Shown: positions 9,564-19,310 of the stretch, one piece after another | Numbering within the stretch: position 1 is the stretch's first letter | How the letters are laid out: each line of letters starts with the position of its first letter | Origin: Hyphochytrium catenoides | Taxonomy: Eukaryota > Protista > Hyphochytriomycota | DNA length: 33,609 bases | Assembly: GCA_900088475.1 (NCBI GenBank) | Contig: FLMG01001812.1 | Location: forward strand, 1 to 33,609 | Direction of reading: 5' to 3' | The notes under the pieces: generated by a model | The model's input: the letters and a program-made list of their open reading frames with translations, nothing else | The model's database searches: none | Told to the model about the DNA's origin: nothing | Position numbers and translations under genes: made by a program

Positions 9564-11927
9564 TTGGAGAAACGCTTTCCGTCAGTGAAGCCTGTTTCAG
9601 CCTCGGGAGGAAAAGAAACGGGTTCACTAACAACGATGGGAGGCAATGGAGATCAGTCTGTGCCACTGTATCAAAAAGTGAGAGTACGGTGGCGAGAGTG
9701 GGTTAAAATTGGTGCTCCGAGAAAAATGATTGGCTGGATCCGCAATGGTGTCGAGATACCGTGGAAAGATAAGTCTCCAGATAAGTTTGATCATGGGTAT
9801 TGGTTCCGAGTGGACGGTGTTTCCCGAGAACAATGTCAGCGAGAGATTGAGAAACAAGTAGCCATGGGCGTTCTAAAAGAGGTATCAGAGGACCAAGCGC
9901 ATTGTGTTAGCTCCTCGTTCTTCATTCCAAAGCAAGGTTCATCTGATGTCCGTCTTATCGCCAACCTTATTCCCCTCAACGAGCACGTCGAAGAGAAGGG
10001 GATGCAGTACGAGCGTATTCGAGACTTGACTGGGATGTACGCAGAAGGACAAATGGGTTTCACTTGGGACTTGAAGGATGGCTATCATATGCTGGCAATT
10101 AAAAAACGCCATCGCAAGTTCTTTCAGATCCGAGTTTTTGGTAAGCTGTATGAATATCAAGTCTTGCCTTTTGGCTGGTCTCGAAGTCCAGAGTTCTTCG
10201 GACGTTGCATGAAGATTGTTGCCCGGTGGATGCGCCGCAAAGGAATTAAGGTTCTGAACTACGTTGACGACTGGGCTTGTGTAGACGAGGCAGATCGCAT
10301 TCATCAGACGCGGGACACGGTTGATCGTCTCCTCGGCACTCTGGGATTGACACGGCACCCAACGAAGGGACAATGGGAACCAAGCACAAAATTCGACTTC
10401 CTAGGCTTCACTATAGATCTGGACACTGGAGTCATCAGCTGTCAAGAGAGAATGATTGATAAGTTAGCTGAAAAGTCCAAGCAGCTAGAGGTACATATGC
10501 GTCGAGATGGTCGATGGGTCCCGAAGAGATTACTGGGCAGTTGGATTGGCATCATCAACAGCATGCGTCAAGCGAAGCCTTCCAGTGCAACACTGGTGCG
10601 GCCTTTCTACAATCTGCTCCGTCAAACTAAAGCATGGGATAGCAAAGTAAGGATAAGCGGACGCCTAGAGCGAACCGTCAAACGTATGGTTAGCCAGCTA
10701 CGAGCCCTTCCAGACACTGTCATTTGCCCCAAGCCCTGTGACTGGACAGTAACCACAGACGCATCCAAGGAGGACACCGGCGGCTGGGGCGCAACTTGGT
10801 CAAGTGCGAGCTCCAATCTCGAAGGAGAGATAATCTCAGAGGCTCTGCGGGGAGAATGGACTAAAGCAGAATTACAGCTTCCCATCGCAGTGCTTGAAAC
10901 CCGAGCTGTAAGACGTGCGCTGCAAGCGAGAGAACAAGTCGTGGAAGGACAAGAATGGAAAGTTAAAACAGACTCGATGGCGACCATGTGGGCCCTGCGG
11001 AAGAGGGCAAGTCCATCTGTGCGAATGCAAAAGGAGTTATATTCTTTGCTCAGATACTGCCTAAAGAAGAACATACCCTGGCCCCAAAGCATCGAACACG
11101 TTCCGGGAGAAGAAAACGAGATGGCAGACTACCTCTCTCGGTGGGATTCAACAAAAGAAGTTCAGCGGCTGGAGCAGGTACTTGCGTTGAAGACGGAAGT
11201 AGATTGTTTCGCAGAGGAGTGGAATGCAGTTCATTCCCTTCATTTTTCATGGCACACTACCAGGAACTCTGCTGGAAGAGATGGGCTCTCACAGAGCTGG
11301 AGGAAGCGTCTGTGCTGGTGGGCACCACCCTTTCCTTTGATCAATTGGACCTTAAAAAAGATCAAACAAGACGGAGCTCAGGGCATCATCGTCTGCCCCG
11401 AATGGCCAAGTGCAATATGGTGGCCAGTGCTGCTGGAGCTTAGTGACAAAAGGGTGTCCGTCAGAACCCAATGCGTCACATGGCACGAATCACATCCAAA
11501 ATTACCAAGCAACACTGCTGTCCCATCATCATGGCCTCTAATCGCCTGCAGGATTGGCGTCAACAAGAAAATTCACATAGCTCATGAGCAAGATCCAGTC
11601 CAGGAGACTCATATAGCCACCATGCCGCGGAGCACAGCCAACGCTAGCAATAGAGGCCAACAAGGCAGCAGCAACAACACTGACAACGAGCGACGGCTGA
11701 GACACATTAGTCATGACCCCAGCCTCATCACGAGTCTGAATTCCGATGGACCACCATCAGACAGGAAGATCAACCGAACAACACAAAGGACGAAGAAGGG
11801 AGACCCTTCCTCATCAGCAGGATCACAAGGACAAGTAGCAGCCAGCGAAGATCAGCACAGCAACAACAAAAAAGGAAAGGAGAGCCATCTTGGTAGCAAC
11901 GTCATTTGTTGCACCAACCAAGCTTGA
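9564..11927 (+). CDS. DIRS-type pol: reverse transcriptase - RNase H - adenine methyltransferase-like domain
   Basis: Uninterrupted 787-codon frame, first ATG at 9636. RT motifs: DLKDGY, LPFGWSRSP, YVDD (10260), FLGF. RNase H motifs: TDAS..GWG, LETRAV, TDS, HVPGEENEMADYLSR. DIRS MT motifs: DCFA, DGLSQSW, WWAPPFPLI, PEWPSAIWWP. The tail is low-complexity S/N/Q/T. Confidence 0.95.
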   Translation: MEKRFPSVKPVSASGGKETGSLTTMGGNGDQSVPLYQKVRVRWREWVKIGAPRKMIGWIRNGVEIPWKDKSPDKFDHGYWFRVDGVSREQCQREIEKQVAMGVLKEVSEDQAHCVSSSFFIPKQGSSDVRLIANLIPLNEHVEEKGMQYERIRDLTGMYAEGQMGFTWDLKDGYHMLAIKKRHRKFFQIRVFGKLYEYQVLPFGWSRSPEFFGRCMKIVARWMRRKGIKVLNYVDDWACVDEADRIHQTRDTVDRLLGTLGLTRHPTKGQWEPSTKFDFLGFTIDLDTGVISCQERMIDKLAEKSKQLEVHMRRDGRWVPKRLLGSWIGIINSMRQAKPSSATLVRPFYNLLRQTKAWDSKVRISGRLERTVKRMVSQLRALPDTVICPKPCDWTVTTDASKEDTGGWGATWSSASSNLEGEIISEALRGEWTKAELQLPIAVLETRAVRRALQAREQVVEGQEWKVKTDSMATMWALRKRASPSVRMQKELYSLLRYCLKKNIPWPQSIEHVPGEENEMADYLSRWDSTKEVQRLEQVLALKTEVDCFAEEWNAVHSLHFSWHTTRNSAGRDGLSQSWRKRLCWWAPPFPLINWTLKKIKQDGAQGIIVCPEWPSAIWWPVLLELSDKRVSVRTQCVTWHESHPKLPSNTAVPSSWPLIACRIGVNKKIHIAHEQDPVQETHIATMPRSTANASNRGQQGSSNNTDNERRLRHISHDPSLITSLNSDGPPSDRKINRTTQRTKKGDPSSSAGSQGQVAASEDQHSNNKKGKESHLGSNVICCTNQA

Positions 11928-12295
11928 AATTCACGCTGGACGTTATCGCCACGGTTTCACAATGTCAACCACCGACGCTGGACCTGCGGTAGCGATGCTG
12001 CTGCCAAAGAGTATTGTTATTATGACCGACCGCTTGGTCATACTACGAGTAGCTCTTCTTCATCTATGACTGCCATCTTCATCATCGTCTCATCTTCTAC
12101 CAATTCTACTTTTTAGTTGCACTTTTTATCACTCACCTTTCCTTTTCCTTCTTACACTTCTTCTTGCTGCTGGACCTGCATCCGCCCTTCAGCATCGCTA
12201 GCAACGATGTTATTCCCTTACTAACACCACATCTTCGCCCTCTTCTTCTAGGTGGGCGAGGGCGGGGTTGAAGCTGTCAAGCCGAGACGCAGAGG

Positions 12296-12322
12296 AAAGC
12301 AGACATTGTCTTCATGATAATG
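12296..12322 (+). repeat. Split direct repeat B1 (internal)
   Basis: aaagcagacattgtcttcatgataatg, identical to 12641-12667 and directly abutting A2. Confidence 0.93.
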
Positions 12323-12472
12323 TCCTCTTATTGCAAATAAGATCATTATCACTTGACAATATCCGTCATTCAATCGTATCAAATCTGGTATTTGATAGAT
12401 TGGATGACTGTCTGAGAGAGGGAAATCTCCTCTCTCTCTCAGTTTGTCTTTTTCCCTCTCTCAGTGACGACT
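12320..12472 (+). repeat. Split direct repeat A2 (internal)
   Basis: 152/153 identical to A1. Confidence 0.97.
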
Positions 12473-12640
12473 CCCGCCCTCCCACCGCTTTTGTCTTTCT
12501 TTTTTCCCTTGGAAGCTCTTGAACTTATTGGAAAACTGAAAAGGCGCAACGATGTCGATTAGCGCCAAAGAAATTACACACTGGGTTGGAGTTATTGAAT
12601 GTTGTCTGAACATCAATTCAACAATAAACAACAACGTTCA

Positions 12641-12667
12641 AAAGCAGACATTGTCTTCATGATAATG
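12641..12667 (+). repeat. Split direct repeat B2 (right terminus)
   Basis: 27-bp perfect copy of B1. Confidence 0.93.
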
Positions 12668-13518
12668 GCGCGAGATGGAGGACATGAGATTCTCTTCTAT
12701 CTATTGCATAAGGCAGTGACATCCAGGAGTCTCTAGTAGGCAGGCTTGCCAAGAAAGAAGTCGAGTACCGGCAGGAAGGCCATCTGCGTCCAAGCAAAGG
12801 TCTGAGGTCTTCTCGTCATCAAGCACTTTCATTCCCCATCAACTCAAGTGGCCAATACTCCTACCCGCTTTCGAGAGTTGGCCAATGCTCATACGTCCGT
12901 AGGAGAAGCCCATCCACCCTACACTTATGCTTTGTGCATTCTTCTGCGCTAAACTGCCATGGAGTTCCAACAACGATGGCCTGGGAAATTGCCAGCCCCT
13001 GCATCGATTGAGGTCGGCTGCATTATGATAGATGTTCCTTCCAATAATAAGAAAGGGTTTCTGCCCAATCAAGGTAAAGGAGGATGGAGTGTGATAAGAA
13101 CAATGATCGACTCACTGTGCAGACCGCCATGCCACAGGACCATCACTCTCTTATAACTACTTAGACAGAACTACCTTTGGTTCCAATGATGATGCAAGAG
13201 GATGGACAGCAAGCTTCTGTCTGTCGCAGGTAGCAGCTGATTGATGTACAATGCTTTTTATTGTACTTGTACGAGCTATGGATAATGTTAGAGCCCCAAA
13301 CCTAGTCCATCGGTCGAAAAAGAACGTCTGGGCTTTCTTTTGAAGTGCATTCTTGAGATGTAGTCCCTTTATGTCGAAGCCCCACCAGTGTTGCTGTTGC
13401 TTCTCTTGATGATCAGCTTACAATGGTTGCTATGACATAATGCTTCGCTAACTTACGACCGCAGACCTGCCATTTCAGAAGTTCTGTGGGTGCTGGGAAG
13501 AGCAAAGACGTCCATTGA

Positions 13519-15081
13519 ATGCGAAAGGGAGGAATGGCTGCACCGTCATCAGATACCTCTTCTTTAACTTCTACCCTTGGTACTGGTGCTGCTGCTGCTA
13601 CCGACCGCTTGCTCTTTCATATTCGATCTGCCGGAATCTGCTTTGGGCATCCGCATAATATACTGCACGGATCATCGCAACCTATCCAGACACCAACTCT
13701 AAACTTGCCAAACTCTAGTGGGACTGTGATATGCCACAAACCGAACTACAACTACAGAGCGAAGAATGGGACGTGGTGCGCTCAACGATTAATCATGAGG
13801 CAGGGACACTCTGGGCAATCTTCTTCTCATCGAACCCCTGTCGCAGCCTCTCGTTTATCGTCGCGGTCTCGAGCGGTAGATGGGACTACCTGCGCCTTCT
13901 TTAGTTGGCATCAAGACAGCCTTCAAGATCCAATCCAGGAGATACGTAGAATACTCCTGATCTCCGGAAGTCCTTACGACACTGACTCTGAAAGCACATT
14001 CAACACTGAAGAGACGCTGTCTAACCGCGTCATTGTTATCAACCGCTACGATTGGTGCTACTACGATGATCGCGGTGGTTGCCCTCCTCGGTATGGAAAA
14101 CAAAGCATTGAAGACGGCCAATGGGGATCGACATGTGCGCTGGTGGACTATGCTAATGCGACAGACCTATTTCAACCTTCTTCCGGCAACACTGCTTACA
14201 TCGAGCAAGCACTTTCCCCGTTGGAAAACGGTCTCTCGGAGGTGGTCGGTGTTCGAATGTTTCTAAAGCGTCATGAATATGAGTTTGGGCGCTTTGGACT
14301 GAATGCTGACAGGTCCGAAGTCCAATGCTTTTTGTTCTTCTCGTCAGATATGAGCTTCTACGACGCTACTTTTGAGGGCGAGCCTGTATAATTTCAAAGG
14401 ACAGTGGCCCAGATTGTTGCGGAGGATGGTGTCAAAAGGTTCTTAGGCTTTGGCAGGTTATCCTTGATGTTTCCGAATGGGTATCCTACGCCAAGCTCCT
14501 CAGATATGTTGCAGTTTTCAGAACAAGAGACTGTGATTGACCTTGAATCTGTGAAGAGAACGATTACACTCGTGTGCCCCAAGCTTCGCGTCGAACCACC
14601 GCTGGACAAACTTGTCGTCCGCTTGTTAGACTGCTGCATGATGACCTTTCTCTCAAGCCTTGGTGCTAAATTAGCTGGGTTTTCCACCGTAGAGGAGGGA
14701 TACGTTTCTTGGCTGCTTCCGATTATAGCAAGGACGCTCCTTCAAGTCTTGACAGGAGTCTTGGCAAATATCTGACGGTGTATCAACCTCGCACTCCAGA
14801 CTCAGATAAAGTTGAGGGTCGTATCAAGCACTTCTTTTTTCAGCGCCACAACCTTGATGCTACAGACGAGGATGCCGAGAAGATTAAAGCCATGGTGGAC
14901 TTCCTCCTGGCCGAGGTCGTCCAGATTGCCGGCAGGTCAACAGTTGGTTTCAGTAAGAGACCTTATGGCTCCTTGTGATTTACGGATCGCGATTGCATTG
15001 GACGAAGAACTAGTCAAAGCCTTCCAGCGCTGCTCGCTACTATGGATTAACGAGGACAAGAGAGTCAGCACTTCAGATTAG
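13519..15081 (+). pseudogene. Disrupted gene: unknown N-terminal domain + C-terminal H2A-like histone fold
   Basis: ORFs 13519-14391 and 14404-14775 are in the same frame, separated by one TAA. Two frameshifts (~14740, ~14950) lead to DFLLAEVVQIAG...MAPCDLRIAIALDEELVKAF, which resembles H2A EYLxAEILELAG...PRHLQLAIRNDEEL. The lesions could instead be assembly errors. Confidence 0.72.
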
Positions 15082-15330
15082 TCATACCACTAGGCAACGT
15101 AAGTATTAACCCTCGTCTTGCGCTACATTTAGTAAGCGAGCCATTTGAGGAAAATGTATATGTCATAAGCGTGTGTTGTCTTGTTCTTCTCTTTTGTCGG
15201 TAGAATGCCTTCCCCCGTGATTGTGAGACTTAGCTTTTTGCTCATCTAGTAGAATTTCGGAATCTGAGTGGGGCCACTTGAGGTCGTCTGATAGAAGACG
15301 TTATAATGTGATTGGCTTGAAGACAATTTG

Positions 15331-15346
15331 CTAACCCTAACCCTAA
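15331..15346. repeat. Short interstitial telomere-like (CCCTAA)n tract
   Basis: ctaaccctaaccctaa; similar tracts at 20797-20812, 31484-31494 and 33424-33438. Confidence 0.5.
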
Positions 15347-16302
15347 GTCTTCCTCCGCGTGGTGCTAGTCTGAACTGCGGCCTGGCCAGCCAAGGTACAG
15401 ACAATGCAACTTCTCACTCTCCTTCAAAACCCGCCCTTGGTCTTCTTACATCTTACATTTACAGCTACTGGGGCAGATCTCATGCAAGATTGAGGTCAGG
15501 GTCTACGGGTGTTATGTCCTTGTCGCTCAAGCTATCAGCGCCAGAAAGAATTATGCAGCTTACGACGTAGTAGTGTACCTAGCTATCATTCACGCTCTAA
15601 AGCTTATCCACTATTTAAAGGGACAATATCATCTCACGGGTCCTCAAAGTCACCGTTCATTGCAATACCCTCAAGTCCCAAGAGAGGCTATCAAAAAGAC
15701 GAGCTCGGTAGATTGAGCTCTGCAAGTTCATGGATATTGATATCCAGCACATCCTTGCATCTCTATGGACTTCGTCTTTCTTCAACCATCATCCGCCGGA
15801 GGGATTCAACGGTATCTGGTTCAATTGTAGATAGTTTTAGCAAGCAAGAACATTACTGGACAAGGACAATGGAGCAGAGGACATAATGATGACCTTTTTT
15901 TTTCATGGCTTGCCAAAGGTCATTCTAATATCGTATGAAGACCCAAAATTTTAACAGAGACTATTGGCAACAACTCCAACGTGATCGTGGCAGAAAGATT
16001 AGACTTTCTACCGCCTATCACTCTTAATGGGCAGAGCTGGACGAAGTTACGTAGGTTGATATGATGGATGCACTACGATGCTCCGTGACCTACAATCAAA
16101 ACAACTGAGAGGCGACCTTACAGTTGATGAGTGTTTTGTCGTCTACAATAGTGCTGAAGACTCTGCTACGGCTTCAGCCCTTCCTTCGATATTTATGGGT
16201 ACGGTCCACCAAGTGAATTGCAGTGGCATCACGTTCAGTAGACGGATTGACTCAAGTCATAGACCACTCGGTAAAGATTGTTGAAGAATCAGGAACGATA
16301 GA

Positions 16303-16482
16303 AAATATCTGGGGGGAAATTAAGTTTTCCTGGCGCAATTGGAGGATGGCGGCTGACCTCCGCCACTCCCAGTTGTGCTCGGTCAGCCTCAGCCTCTGTC
16401 GCCTGCCCGGAACCTAGACACCGCGGCAACGGATGGCAGAAGCACAGCAGATTAGACATATGCAGGGCCGCAGGACAGTCAA
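16303..16482 (+). repeat. Dispersed repeat X, copy 3
   Basis: aatatctgggggg...ttttcctggcgcaattggaggatggcggctgacctcc...cggtcagcctcagcctctgtcgcctgc...ctagacaccgcggcaacggat...gccgcaggacagtcaa; lies immediately before the satellite. Confidence 0.85.
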
Positions 16483-16519
16483 TACAGTCAGTTTCTTAGT
16501 CTTTAACCCTTCATATCTG

Positions 16520-18205
16520 ATACTGTCCTGCCACCGCTAACGACGTCTCAATGCAGGCGTTAATTCCGTCAGCCTGTAAGACAGGCTAACACACGGCTCG
16601 CCTCATACAGGTGTAGATTCGTCAGCCTGATAAAACGGCTAACACACGGCTGGCCTAAGACACTGGCGGTGTGCCCCGACTTTTTTTAAAACAGTCTAAC
16701 AGACAGCTCGCCTAAGTATATCCGTGCGCTCAAGAGAGGCTAACATACCCCTCGCCTCATGCAGGCGGCGTAGATCCGTCAGCTGCAGACTGGCTACCAG
16801 ACGGCGCAATTTGTACAGCTGTGGTCCGTCAGCCTTAGGACAGGCTCACATACTGTTCGCTTCTTACAGGTGCAAAGATTGGTCAGGGTAAATGTAAGAC
16901 AAACTAACAAACGACGACTTGCTTCATCGAGATGTGGCCCGCCAGCTGAAAACAGGCTATTGCACTGCTCGCGTCATCACACAAATGCGGTACGTCAGCC
17001 TTAAGACATGCTAACACAGCACGCTTCTTATAGGTGAAGATTGGTCAGCTTAAGACAGGCTAACACACGGCTCGCCTCATAATACAGGCGGTGTCCGCTA
17101 GCCGTAAGATCGGCTAATGCACGGATCGCGTCCTAAAGTTGTAGGTTCGTCAGCCTCGGTCGTCAGGATAAGTTAAGACAAGCTACCAGACGACGGCTCG
17201 CCCTACAGGTGGTCGTTCAGCCTTAAGAGAGGCTAACGCACGGTTCGCTTGTTGCAGGTGTCGATCCGTCATCAGCTTGATGCAGTACAGGCTACCACAC
17301 CGCTGGCTTCACACAGACGTGGTTCGCCAGCCTCAAGACAGGCTAACATAGCTCGCTTCTTACTGGTGTAGATCTGTCAGCTTAATAAGACAAGCTACCA
17401 CATGGCTCGCCTCATATGGTCTTTGTCCGCCAACCTGAAGCCAGTCTAAGAGACCGCTCGCGTCCTACAGGTGTAGTTTCGTTAGTTCGAGGCAGCTGGC
17501 AAGCGGCTCGCCTCTTTCTTACAGAAGTGGTTCCGCTAGCCATAAGACAAGCTTACACAGCTCACGTCCTAGAGCTGTAGATCCGTCAGCTAGGACATGA
17601 TAACCGACGGCTCGCTTCTTACAGCTGTAGATCCGTCAGCTGTACACTGCTAAGACCACGGCTCGCCTAATAATACAGGGGCGCTTCGTTGTCAGTCTTA
17701 CGACCGGCCAACAGACAGCTCGCTTCTTACAGCTGTAGATCCGTCAGCTTAGGACTGGTTAACACATTTTTCGCCTCCTACAGACATCGTCGTCCATGAG
17801 CCCTAAGAGAGGCCAGCGCACGGCTCGCTCCTTACAGGCCTGGCCCGCCAACTGAAGGCAGGCTACCATACGGCGCTCCATCAAGCTATTTTACGACAGG
17901 CTGATACGTGACTCACCTCATTTAGGCTTCACACGGGTGTAGTTCCGTCACCTCACTTTTAAGCGGCCCATTCACGTCTCGAGTCATTTATGAGAATGTC
18001 CGTCAGCAGGATTGCCGAATATAGCCATAGGTCCGGCAATAAAACCATGTCAGGCTAAGAACGTGCTCACCTCCTACAGGCGCAGGGCCGTCTAGCTCAA
18101 AAGAAGATAACGTAGGGCTCGCTTATTACAGGTGTACATCCGTCAGGGTGACAACGATAGGCTAACACACCGCTCCCCTAATCCAGGCATGGTCCGTCCG
18201 CTTCT
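16520..18205. repeat. Degenerate ~52-bp tandem satellite, ~30 units, dimeric higher-order structure
   Basis: Approximate consensus CCGTCAGC(C)TTAAGACAGGCTAACACACGGCTCGCYTCWTACAGGTGT(AGAT/GGT). The GGCTA anchor recurs at 16584, 16637, 16738, 16792, 16842, 17058, 17112, 17231, 17290, 17341 ... 18160. An outlier unit lies at ~18655-18695. Confidence 0.93.
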
Positions 18206-18452
18206 ATAATTCTAAGAACGAAAGTGAGTCTCTGCCTCACATGAGGCAATTACTGTGGTGGCTGCTGCTGTAAGGCCAGAATAGTGAAGCCCCATAGGAG
18301 TTGGCAGTGAGATGTGGACCAAGAAAGAATTCCCGGGAGACGCAGCCGGATTGGCACAGTCATGGACTGCTTCTGGGCAGTAGGAGCTGAGTCGCGGCTG
18401 AAGCCCTGTCTTAAGAGCGTGACGCCTCGGAGAGCGATGATGTCCCGCGCGG

Positions 18453-18512
18453 GGAGCGAGGTTAGTCCCATCTTCTAACCGTGCCATGAAAGCCTGACAT
18501 GCCCTCCGGATA
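18453..18512 (-). repeat. Dispersed repeat X, partial inverted copy 4 (5' part)
   Basis: ggagcgaggttagtcccatcttctaaccgtgccatgaaagcct...ccggata aligns with 3844-3901 (ggagcgaggtcagcgtcattctctaaccgcgccagggaatcct...ctggata). Confidence 0.65.
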
Positions 18513-19221
18513 ATCAAATGATATAGTGAGAGTTGGACCACAGTTGACACTTTAGCAGCAGCATCTGCGGCGGTTTCCCACATTCTTCTAATAGGGCTGT
18601 TCCGCCCGCCGTTAGGGCGTACTGTCGCCATCGCACACAATGCAACCATTGGGGTCCGGTTAGGGCCGGCTAACACATGGCTCGCCTCATACAAGCCTAC
18701 GACCCTTAGAGTAAGTCAGGCTAAGAGCAGTCTAGTTAACCTTCCCCAGGACTAGTAGGGCCGCCGCACCACGTTTGATGGAATAGCTCTGTATGGCATC
18801 GGCTCCCTCCTGCCCACAGCGGTCGGTCGCTCGCGTGGAATCCTGCATACATGGCGCACCACGCTTTGTTGCCTGTACCCGGATGGCCCGGCCGATGTGA
18901 TACTTTTACGATGCCAGCACCGAAGAAGAACTGCTACCTGACAGCACCACCAACTCTGTTGGGGCGCTACTATGTTGACGTACTTCTTTCTACTACGGAT
19001 GTCGAGTATTGTTTCGCGGGAAACACATCCGTTCACCCGAGGATCAAACCTTGGGTATGGGACAGGTCCCGTCGTTAATGCAGATAGCGCACAGCAGAGA
19101 CAACTTCCTTGATCTGGGCTGCGGCAGACGCTTCCATTGGAGAGGAACTCTTCAACTCTTACGAAGTTTGAGGTTCAGGCGAGGGAGAGCTGGCGAGAAG
19201 GCCGAGGACGGTATCACGGCA

Positions 19222-19310
19222 ACAGCGAAGGACGTTGCTAAGCTCGTAAAGCAAACAGCAGCAGCCAGCGGACTCCCACCGCAGGGATACTCAACACACT
19301 CTTCAAGGGC
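19222..19310 (+). pseudogene. Tyrosine recombinase fragment (same family as 3240-3722)
   Basis: AKDVAKLVKQTAAASGLPPQGYSTHSSRA versus AEDVGKLLKQAAAACGNPPERYSTHPLRV; followed by the Y motif at 19368-19423. Confidence 0.8.

Larger units (their letters stand above)
8625..12667 (+). mobile_element. DIRS-order retrotransposon with split direct repeats (PAT-like), apparently lacking YR
   Basis: Layout: A1 (8625-8777) ... RT/RH/MT ORF ... B1 (12296-12322) fused to A2 (12320-12472) ... B2 (12641-12667). There is no classical TSD; both ends and the internal junction share ATG. Confidence 0.92.

Noticed and set aside
11550-11890. Antisense hydrophobic reading frame (MALLSFFVVAVLIF...) as an env-like gene
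   Set aside because: It is interrupted by several TGA stops and is the expected mirror of the N/Q/T/S-rich sense codons.
8625-12472. LTR retrotransposon with 153-bp LTRs
   Set aside because: There is no integrase, protease, TG...CA ends or TSD. The extra B repeats and the RT-RH-MT domain order indicate DIRS-order split direct repeats.
15450-16290. Possible decayed gene
   Set aside because: Only fragmentary protein-like frames with many stops; no family can be supported.
16520-18205. CRISPR-like array (hairpin repeats at regular spacing)
   Set aside because: The whole unit is homologous between copies, so there are no unique spacers. Repeats are degenerate, there are no cas genes and the context is eukaryotic.
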